Assembly: GCF_047465045.1 (NCBI RefSeq)
Contig: NZ_JASHAR010000001.1
Coordinates: forward strand, 87,758-111,757
From: Streptococcus mitis
Lineage (GTDB): Bacteria > Bacillota > Bacilli > Lactobacillales > Streptococcaceae
Direction: 5' to 3'
DNA length: 24,000 nt
The position numbers and the translations under genes were made by a program. Below the pieces are notes generated by a model. That model was not told the DNA's origin. It searched no databases and was given only the letters and a program-made list of their open reading frames with translations. Numbering within the stretch: position 1 is the stretch's first letter; each line of letters opens with the position of its first letter. Below are positions 17,301-24,000 of this stretch, piece after piece.

Positions 17301-18935
17301 ATGGCTAATGAGAATGAGTTACTCGCATTACGATCATCAAATATTGAGATTGAATACGACGAATTGCTTAATTTAGAAAATTCTCTAGAAAATAATCTCA
17401 AAGATCTTATTAAAGATATAGAAAAAATTGATTTAGATAGGGAAAAATTACAAAATAATGAATACCTTCAAGAATCTATTGAGAATATAGTCTGGGAGCA
17501 AGTGCAACTTCAACTTGCTGCCCAAATTGGTGATGAGTTTATTAAAGAGAACAACGGACAAACCCTAGATTTACGAAAAGAAGCACATATACAAACTGCT
17601 GAAAACTTTGAAAAAGGTAAATTTGCAACCCATAATAGAGATGTTAATTATCAAGAAAGATATGCTAAATGGCAAGATAACTTTACTACTAATAAAGATG
17701 GCGAAAGAGTTCTTAAAAGTGATGCTCGTGATTTCTTTGATAAAGGTAGAGACAAAGGTTCAGGAGCAGTTCATAAAGACCATACGGTTTCTATAAAGGA
17801 ACAATTAAATGATGTTGAAATGGCAACATTTTTCTCAAAAGAACAAGTTAAAGAGTTTGCTAATAGTTCTAAAAATCTACATGATTTAGATGCATCTGCT
17901 AATATGTCCAAGGGCGATAAAACTATGACTGAATTTTTGAATTCAGAAAGAGATGGATTAAAGCCTGAAGAGCGATTTAATATTGATAGAAAACAGTTAG
18001 AAAAAGATGACCGAGAGGCTAGGGAAGAACTTCAAAAAAGGAAACAAGAAAATAAAGATACTGCTATAAAATCAGGTAAAAAATCACGACGCGATGAGGC
18101 ATTAAAAATTTCCGGAAAAGCTTTGAAAGCAGTGCTTTTACAGTTATTATCAGAATTTTTGCGAGAATTGATTTCTAAATTTATCTCTTGGCTAAAAGAT
18201 ACAGAAAGAAACTTATCGACTTTTATTGATAAAATAAAAGAGGCTATCATATCTTTTGTAAATAACTTAGCAAATCATGTATTAAATGTCGGTAAATCTG
18301 TAGTTACAATGATTGCGTCTGCAATAGTTGGACCTGTAATTAATACAGTTCTTAAAGCTTGGACATTTATACACCAAGGTTGGAAATCTTTGAAAGAAGC
18401 AATAGATTATATAAAGAATCCTGAAAATAAAGATAAAAGCCTTGATATTATGATGTTAGAGGTTGGAAAAATTATTGTTGCGGGTTTAACAGCTACAGGT
18501 GCAATTGTAGTTGGGGAAGCTTTAGGAGCATCCCTCACAGCAAGTTTTCCAGTTTTGGCTATTTCAATACCACTTTTGGGAACAATCGGTAGCGTCATTG
18601 GAACATTTATGGGAGCAACTTTATCAGGAATTATTGGCGCTTTCGTATTAAAAATGATTGATCAGCAAATTGTCAATAAACAGATTACTGAATTAAGTTC
18701 TAAGAAAATTGATCAAAATAATGAAGTGTTAGTAATCAAAGATCAATTACTAGATGTAAAGAGCATAAAGCTTCAAGTAGAAAAAGATTCTGTTATCAAT
18801 ACTATTAAGGAAAGACATGATATGGCTGCTTCAATAATGAAAGAAAAGTTATCAGATATTTTTACAGAATCTACAAGAGACGATAAAAGTGACTTTGATG
18901 AGATTGATAGTTTATTACAAGAATTATTAGATTAG
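17301..18935 (+). CDS. Large uncharacterised protein: HNH-like N-terminal region plus C-terminal glycine-rich hydrophobic/membrane domain
   Basis: GAVHKDHTVSIKEQLND...FANSSKNLHDLDASANMSKGDKTMTEF resembles an HNH-type H..DH..N..N..K arrangement; hydrophobic VGKIIVAGLTATGAIVVGEALGASLTASFPVLAISIPLLGTIGSVIGTFMGATLSGIIGAFVL. Confidence 0.6.
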   Translation: MANENELLALRSSNIEIEYDELLNLENSLENNLKDLIKDIEKIDLDREKLQNNEYLQESIENIVWEQVQLQLAAQIGDEFIKENNGQTLDLRKEAHIQTAENFEKGKFATHNRDVNYQERYAKWQDNFTTNKDGERVLKSDARDFFDKGRDKGSGAVHKDHTVSIKEQLNDVEMATFFSKEQVKEFANSSKNLHDLDASANMSKGDKTMTEFLNSERDGLKPEERFNIDRKQLEKDDREAREELQKRKQENKDTAIKSGKKSRRDEALKISGKALKAVLLQLLSEFLRELISKFISWLKDTERNLSTFIDKIKEAIISFVNNLANHVLNVGKSVVTMIASAIVGPVINTVLKAWTFIHQGWKSLKEAIDYIKNPENKDKSLDIMMLEVGKIIVAGLTATGAIVVGEALGASLTASFPVLAISIPLLGTIGSVIGTFMGATLSGIIGAFVLKMIDQQIVNKQITELSSKKIDQNNEVLVIKDQLLDVKSIKLQVEKDSVINTIKERHDMAASIMKEKLSDIFTESTRDDKSDFDEIDSLLQELLD

Positions 18936-18945
18936 GGAGATAAAT

Positions 18946-19674
18946 ATGGAAGAAGAAGTATTTGAGCAAGAGCAAGAACAAGAAACAATTGAAATAAACA
19001 TTAGAAAACATGATTTCGATGAAGCGAAAGAGCATCTGAAAGAGTTTGCTGAACAAAGTCAAGATGAATTGTATTTTGATACAGTTAGAACTCATGAAGA
19101 CTTCTTTGGTTTTGAATTTGCTGAACATGGGGTTACTGGTAAAGAGTTTAATACTTTAGTTGAACAAACTCAAAATTACATTTCAAAATTTTATGATAAT
19201 CAACAAACACTTATTGAAGAATTTGGTCAAGTTTATAAAGCTTTAGAAGCTCTTGATAAAGGTCATATTCAAGCAATTCTTTCTTCTGTAGCAGCAATTG
19301 ATCATACAAATAAAAAAATATTAAAAGAACAAGTACGTATTGATAAAACCATTGAGAAACAAAAAGCAACTCTAGTAGCTCTTAAGCAATTTAAAGAGAA
19401 ATTTAACGAAGAAAATAGCAAAAACTCTATCGAAAAACATGAGGTAATACTTTCTAAATTCAATGATAGACTTGTAAATCTAGAACAATTCGCAAGTACT
19501 CTTCCTTCAGAACCAGTTTCAAATACTGGAGAAATTGAGCAACTTAGGAGAGAATTGAACGAAAGTAAACAACAAATTCAATTTATTTCAAATCGCCTCC
19601 TAATAGTCTTTGTTGTTTCTGGAATTTCTATTGGTATGTTAGTGATTGCCTTGCTTTTCATGTTATTGAGGTAA
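18946..19674 (+). CDS. Acidic coiled-coil protein with single C-terminal transmembrane anchor
   Basis: Charged/helical body then LLIVFVVSGISIGMLVIALLFMLLR at the extreme C-terminus; 10 nt after the preceding stop. Confidence 0.7.
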   Translation: MEEEVFEQEQEQETIEINIRKHDFDEAKEHLKEFAEQSQDELYFDTVRTHEDFFGFEFAEHGVTGKEFNTLVEQTQNYISKFYDNQQTLIEEFGQVYKALEALDKGHIQAILSSVAAIDHTNKKILKEQVRIDKTIEKQKATLVALKQFKEKFNEENSKNSIEKHEVILSKFNDRLVNLEQFASTLPSEPVSNTGEIEQLRRELNESKQQIQFISNRLLIVFVVSGISIGMLVIALLFMLLR

Positions 19675-19677
19675 GAT

Positions 19678-20799
19678 ATGTCAACTTCTCGAGATAAATT
19701 AATTTGTAGCGCAAAGAAATTAGACCTCTATTTTGGAAAAGAAAATAATTATCTGGATAAAGTAAATAATATTATAAAAAATCATACTGATACAAAATCA
19801 GTAGCAGAATTATATAAATCTATTTTTTTATTACAGCAAATTAACAAACGAAACAAGCTTACACCTTTATTAAAAGATTTATCTGATAATCTAGCTAGTT
19901 TCCTTGGATATACTTATCTATTTGATACTTTAGAAAAAGAGTTGAGTCACCAAAAGAAATCGTCTTTAGACGACCTTTTGGTGGAACTAAATCAGTTAGT
20001 AGGTTTAGAGAAGGTAAAAAAAGAAGTTAATCGTTTAATTATTTATCAAAAAGTTCAGTCAAAAAGGAAAGAGTCTGGCTTAAATATTCCTAAAAGAACT
20101 TTACACATGGCTTTTATGGGAAATCCAGGAACAGGAAAAACAACTGTTGCTAGAATTATTGGAAGAATGTACTACCAATTGGGACTTTTATCCAAAGGAC
20201 ATTTTATGGAAGTCTCCAGAACAGATTTAATTGCAGGTTACCAAGGACAAACTGCACTGAAAGTTAAAGATATCATAGAAAAGGCGAAAGGTGGAGTTCT
20301 CTTTATTGATGAGGCGTATAGTATTACTGAAAATGAAAATACTGATTCATATGGTCGAGAATGTTTAACAGAACTTACAAAGGCCTTAGAAGATGCACGA
20401 GATGATTTAATTGTTATTGTAGCTGGTTATACCGAACCAATGAACCATTTCTTTGAATCAAATCCTGGTTTGAAATCTCGATTTAATTATTTTATTAATT
20501 TTGAAAATTATTCTTCTACAGAATTGTTAGATATTTTTGAAACATTAGCAAGAAAAGACGACTACCATACAGATGACAAGCTGAAAGAAGTATTATTAAA
20601 TTATTTTAATGAAAAGTTAGAAAGTAATCTCACCAATTTTTCTAACGGTCGCTTTGTTCGAAATCTATATGAAGATTTAATAATGAATCAAGCTGTCCGA
20701 CTTAACCAAAGTGAAGCTGTGAGTTCAAAAGAATTAACTTTGTTGATTAAAGATGATTTTTGTATAAATGAAAATCGTTCTAGTGACATAGATTTATAA
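19678..20799 (+). CDS. AAA+ ATPase, CbbX/SpoVK-like clade
   Basis: LVGLEKVKKEVNRLI, Walker A FMGNPGTGKTTVARIIG, Walker B GGVLFIDEAYSI, sensor region DLIVIVAGYTEPM, GLKSRF arginine finger; 3 nt after the preceding stop. Confidence 0.92.
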   Translation: MSTSRDKLICSAKKLDLYFGKENNYLDKVNNIIKNHTDTKSVAELYKSIFLLQQINKRNKLTPLLKDLSDNLASFLGYTYLFDTLEKELSHQKKSSLDDLLVELNQLVGLEKVKKEVNRLIIYQKVQSKRKESGLNIPKRTLHMAFMGNPGTGKTTVARIIGRMYYQLGLLSKGHFMEVSRTDLIAGYQGQTALKVKDIIEKAKGGVLFIDEAYSITENENTDSYGRECLTELTKALEDARDDLIVIVAGYTEPMNHFFESNPGLKSRFNYFINFENYSSTELLDIFETLARKDDYHTDDKLKEVLLNYFNEKLESNLTNFSNGRFVRNLYEDLIMNQAVRLNQSEAVSSKELTLLIKDDFCINENRSSDIDL

Positions 20800-20871
20800 T
20801 CAAATGAAATAATGAATCTTCAAACTGTTTATGAATGTATTATTGACCGTTGCAGCTAATTTACGAATCTG

Positions 20872-20898
20872 AACCCTTGTATCTGCAAGGGTTTTCTT
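20872..20898 (+). terminator. Terminator of the three-gene cassette
   Basis: AACCCTTG-tatctg-CAAGGGTT perfect 8-bp stem followed by TTCTTCTT. Confidence 0.65.
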
Positions 20899-20951
20899 CT
20901 TACTTTCTTTTTATGGTAAAATATTTTTAATAAAATATCTACATTTCCCCC

Positions 20952-20993
20952 AATCTTACAAAAATGTAAGATTAAAGTCTCTTTTGTAAGATT
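20952..20993. promoter_or_regulatory. Operator-like repeats upstream of the ABC transporter operon
   Basis: AATCTTACA-AAAA-TGTAAGATT (20952-20973) plus TGTAAGATT at 20985-20993, exactly 20 bp downstream of the previous right half. Confidence 0.65.
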
Positions 20994-21057
20994 AGGTTAT
21001 GGCAAGCGGTCTTTTTTTGATGTAAACTAGACTCATAAAGAACAAAGGAGTAACATC

Positions 21058-21168
21058 ATGAAACAAATCTTACAGAAGAAAACAAGAAAACCAAGCCATA
21101 AAGATATCGAGCGCGTTCAGCTGGGATGCGCTATGATGCAAGAGACATTTCATTTGATGGGATATTAA
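21058..21168 (+). CDS. Missed 36-aa small ORF: MKQILQKKTRKPSHKDIERVQLGCAMMQETFHLMGY
   Basis: ATG preceded by AAAGGAG at good spacing; stop is 14 nt before the ABC ATPase start, which has its own AAAGGAG. Not in the supplied track. Confidence 0.6.
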   Translation: MKQILQKKTRKPSHKDIERVQLGCAMMQETFHLMGY

Positions 21169-21182
21169 GAAAGGAGATTCTC

Positions 21183-21941
21183 ATGACACTTTTAGATGTA
21201 AAACACGTTCAAAAAATTTATAAAACTCGTTTTCAGGGCAACCAAGTAGAAGCTCTCAAGGATATTCACTTTACCGTCGAAAAGGGTGACTACGTTGCCA
21301 TCATGGGTGAGTCTGGTTCTGGTAAATCAACTCTTCTCAATATCCTAGCTATGCTGGATAAACCAACTCGTGGTCAGGTTTACTTAAATGGAACGGACAC
21401 CGCAACCATTAAAAATTCACAAGCCTCTAGCTTCCGTCGTGAAAAGCTAGGATTTGTCTTCCAAGACTTTAACTTGCTAGATACTCTCTCTGTAAAAGAC
21501 AATATCTTGCTTCCGCTTGTCTTGTCAAGAAGACCCATTACGGAAATGATGAAGAAATTGGTGGTGACAGCTGAGAATCTGGGAATCAACCAATTGCAAG
21601 AGAAGTACCCTTACGAGATTTCTGGTGGTCAGAAACAGCGTGTAGCAGTAGCACGCGCTATCATTACAGAACCTGAAATTCTCCTTGCGGATGAGCCAAC
21701 AGGAGCCCTTGACTCCAAGTCCTCTGCAGCCTTACTTGATGTCTTTGATGAAATCAATGAGCGTGGCCAAACCATTCTTATGGTAACCCACTCAACAGCA
21801 GCAGCTAGCAGAGCTAAACGTGTACTCTTTATCAAAGACGGCATTCTTTACAACCAAATCTACCGTGGAGAGAAGACAGAACGTCAGATGTTCCAAGAAA
21901 TCTCTGATACCTTGACTGTCATGGCAAGCGAGGTGAATTAG
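21183..21941 (+). CDS. ABC transporter ATP-binding protein, BceA/antimicrobial-peptide type (ATG 21183 preferred over track start 21126)
   Basis: Walker [35 protein letters not shown]; RBS AAAGGAG upstream of 21183. Confidence 0.95.
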   Translation: MTLLDVKHVQKIYKTRFQGNQVEALKDIHFTVEKGDYVAIMGESGSGKSTLLNILAMLDKPTRGQVYLNGTDTATIKNSQASSFRREKLGFVFQDFNLLDTLSVKDNILLPLVLSRRPITEMMKKLVVTAENLGINQLQEKYPYEISGGQKQRVAVARAIITEPEILLADEPTGALDSKSSAALLDVFDEINERGQTILMVTHSTAAASRAKRVLFIKDGILYNQIYRGEKTERQMFQEISDTLTVMASEVN

Positions 21942-21942
21942 T

Positions 21943-23931
21943 ATGTTTCGATTAACCAATAAGTTAGCGGTATCGAACTTGATTAAAAACCGCAAACTCT
22001 ACTATCCTTTTGCGCTGGCTGTTCTCTTGGCAGTCACCGTCACCTATCTCTTTTACTCCTTAACCTTCAATCCCAAGATTTCGGAAATCCGTGGAGGGAC
22101 AACCATTCAAGCTACTCTAGGATTTGGTATGTTTGTCGTCACCCTTGCGTCAGCCATTATCGTCCTCTATGCCAATAGTTTTGTCATGAAGAACCGTTCC
22201 AAGGAACTAGGAATTTATGGCATGTTGGGCTTGGAGAAGCGTCATCTAATCAGTATGACCTTTAAAGAGTTAGTGCTATTTGGAATTTTAACTGTTGGAG
22301 CAGGTATCGGTATTGGAGCCTTGTTTGACAAGTTAATTTTCGCTTTCTTGCTCAAACTGATGAAATTGAAGGTGGAACTGGTCGCTACCTTCCAGATGAA
22401 AGTTGTCATTACAGTACTTGTTGTCTTCGGTTTGATTTTCCTAGGCCTCATGTTACTGAATGCCCTTCGAATCGCCCGTATGAATGCCCTCCAGCTCTCG
22501 CGTGAGAAAGCTAGTGGTGAGAAAAAAGGACGTTTCCTTCCTCTCCAAACTATTCTTGGTGCGATTAGTTTAGGTATTGGTTATTATCTTGCGCTTACTG
22601 TAAAAGATCCTCTTACAGCCCTAACAATCTTCTTCTTAGCTGTTTTGCTGGTTATCTTTGGTACTTATCTTTTGTTCAATGCAGGAATTACAGTTTTCCT
22701 TCAAATCTTAAAGAAAAACAAGAAATACTATTACCAGCCCAATAACCTTATCTCAGTGTCCAACTTGATTTTCCGTATGAAGAAAAATGCGGTTGGACTA
22801 GCAACTATCGCTATTTTGTCAACAATGGTTTTGGTAACCATGTCAGCAGCGACTAGTATTTTCAATGCCTCAGAAAGCTTTAAAAAAGTTCTAAATCCTC
22901 ATGATTTTGGGGTTTCAGGACAAAATGTTGAAAAAGAAGACTTGGACAAACTCTTGAGCCAGTTTGCAAGTGACAAAGGTTATAAGATTAAAGAGAAAGA
23001 AGTTCTTCGTTACGCTTACTTTGGTGTTGCAAACCAAGAAGGTAGCAAGTTAACCCTTTTTGAAAAAGGACAAAATCGTGTCCAACCCACAACAGTTTTC
23101 ATGGTATTTGACCAAAAAGATTATGAAAATATGACTGGCCAAAAATTGTCTCTATCAGGAAATGAGGTCGGACTCTTTGCAAAGAATGAGGGAGTTAAAG
23201 AACAGAAAGCTCTAACTCTAAATGATCATCAATTTTCTGTCAAAGAAGAATTTACTAAAGATTTCATTGTAAACCATGTTCCAAATCAGTTTAATATTTT
23301 GACTGCTGATTACAATTACCTTGTTGTACCTAATTTACAAGCCTTTTTGGATCAATTCCCAGATTCGGCTATCTATAATCAGTTTTACGGTGGTATGAAT
23401 GTAAATGCCAACGAAGAAGAACAACTCAAGGTCGCTGAAGAATATGATAAATACCTCAATCAGTTTAATGCTCAATTAAACACGGAAGGTAGCTATGTTT
23501 ACGGTAGCAATCTAGCAGATGCTAGTTCTCAGATGAGTGCCCTCTTTGGTGGTGTCTTCTTTATCGGTATTTTCCTATCCATTATCTTTATGGTCGGAAC
23601 TGTTCTGGTCATCTACTACAAACAAATTTCTGAAGGCTATGAAGACCGTGAGCGCTTTATTATCTTGCAGAAAGTCGGTTTAGATCAAAAGCAAATCAAG
23701 CAAACTATTAACAAACAGGTTTTAACTGTTTTCTTCCTTCCTTTGCTTTTTGCCTTCATACATCTAGCCTTTGCCTACCATATGCTTAGTCTGATTTTAA
23801 AAGTGATTGGTGTAATAGATACGAATATGATGTTGACTGTGACCTTGTCTATCTGCGCTATCTTCCTCATCGCCTATGTGCTGATTTTCATGATTACTTC
23901 AAGAAGTTATCGCAAGATTGTGCAAATGTAA
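21943..23931 (+). CDS. FtsX/BceB-like ABC transporter permease
   Basis: 662 aa with a TM1 - four-TM block - large extracellular region - TM block architecture; immediately follows the ATPase gene. Confidence 0.93.
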   Translation: MFRLTNKLAVSNLIKNRKLYYPFALAVLLAVTVTYLFYSLTFNPKISEIRGGTTIQATLGFGMFVVTLASAIIVLYANSFVMKNRSKELGIYGMLGLEKRHLISMTFKELVLFGILTVGAGIGIGALFDKLIFAFLLKLMKLKVELVATFQMKVVITVLVVFGLIFLGLMLLNALRIARMNALQLSREKASGEKKGRFLPLQTILGAISLGIGYYLALTVKDPLTALTIFFLAVLLVIFGTYLLFNAGITVFLQILKKNKKYYYQPNNLISVSNLIFRMKKNAVGLATIAILSTMVLVTMSAATSIFNASESFKKVLNPHDFGVSGQNVEKEDLDKLLSQFASDKGYKIKEKEVLRYAYFGVANQEGSKLTLFEKGQNRVQPTTVFMVFDQKDYENMTGQKLSLSGNEVGLFAKNEGVKEQKALTLNDHQFSVKEEFTKDFIVNHVPNQFNILTADYNYLVVPNLQAFLDQFPDSAIYNQFYGGMNVNANEEEQLKVAEEYDKYLNQFNAQLNTEGSYVYGSNLADASSQMSALFGGVFFIGIFLSIIFMVGTVLVIYYKQISEGYEDRERFIILQKVGLDQKQIKQTINKQVLTVFFLPLLFAFIHLAFAYHMLSLILKVIGVIDTNMMLTVTLSICAIFLIAYVLIFMITSRSYRKIVQM

Positions 23932-23937
23932 AAAAAG

Positions 23938-23968
23938 ATACCTCGACTTCAAAATCGAGGTATTTCTT
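23938..23968 (+). terminator. Intrinsic terminator of the ABC transporter operon
   Basis: ATACCTCGA-cttcaaaa-TCGAGGTAT perfect 9-bp stem then TTTCTT. Confidence 0.85.
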
Positions 23969-23975
23969 GTATTTT

Positions 23976-24000
23976 ATACTCAATGAAAATCAAAAAGCAA
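23976..24000 (+). repeat. Possible start of a dispersed intergenic repeat, cut by the window edge
   Basis: The ATACTCAATGAAAATCAAAAAGCAA sequence resembles a repeat end recalled from pneumococcal-group intergenic regions; only ~25 nt are visible. Confidence 0.35.

Noticed and set aside
18032-19128. Minus-strand ORFs opposite the three-gene cassette (18032-18250, 18407-18598, 18871-19128)
   Set aside because: They are shadow ORFs of AT-rich coding sequence with no recognisable domains or tight regulatory signals.

Overview
This 24 kb window looks like a Streptococcus (mitis/pneumoniae group) chromosome; the taxon is inferred from gene content, not tested. From left to right it contains: (a) about 3.7 kb that looks like the right end of a TnGBS-type ICE or integrated plasmid. 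It carries palindromic/iteron sites, a divergent ParA, an RHH-like partner, a RepA_N-only protein, a small membrane protein and an ISLre2/UPF0236-type DDE transposase. It ends just upstream of a strong promoter; (b) an unannotated RNA locus of about 150 nt with a four-segment attenuator-like structure ahead of rnc; (c) core genes rnc, smc and ribF, an RlaP-like nucleotidyltransferase, a zinc-ribbon-like unknown, and a permease operon on the minus strand with a missed 43-aa ORF; (d) a BECR-type nuclease-like gene whose last codons contain a near-consensus promoter for a predicted ~120-nt cloverleaf-like RNA with its own terminator; (e) tex, SprT-like and PspC-domain genes; (f) a compact three-gene cassette (17301-20799) encoding an HNH-like protein with a hydrophobic domain, a coiled-coil tail-anchored protein and a CbbX/SpoVK-like AAA+ ATPase, which is the best candidate for an undescribed system; (g) a BceAB-like ABC transporter operon preceded by a missed 36-aa ORF and repeated AATCTTACA/TGTAAGATT boxes. 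All family calls come from motif recognition. No searches or folding programs were run.
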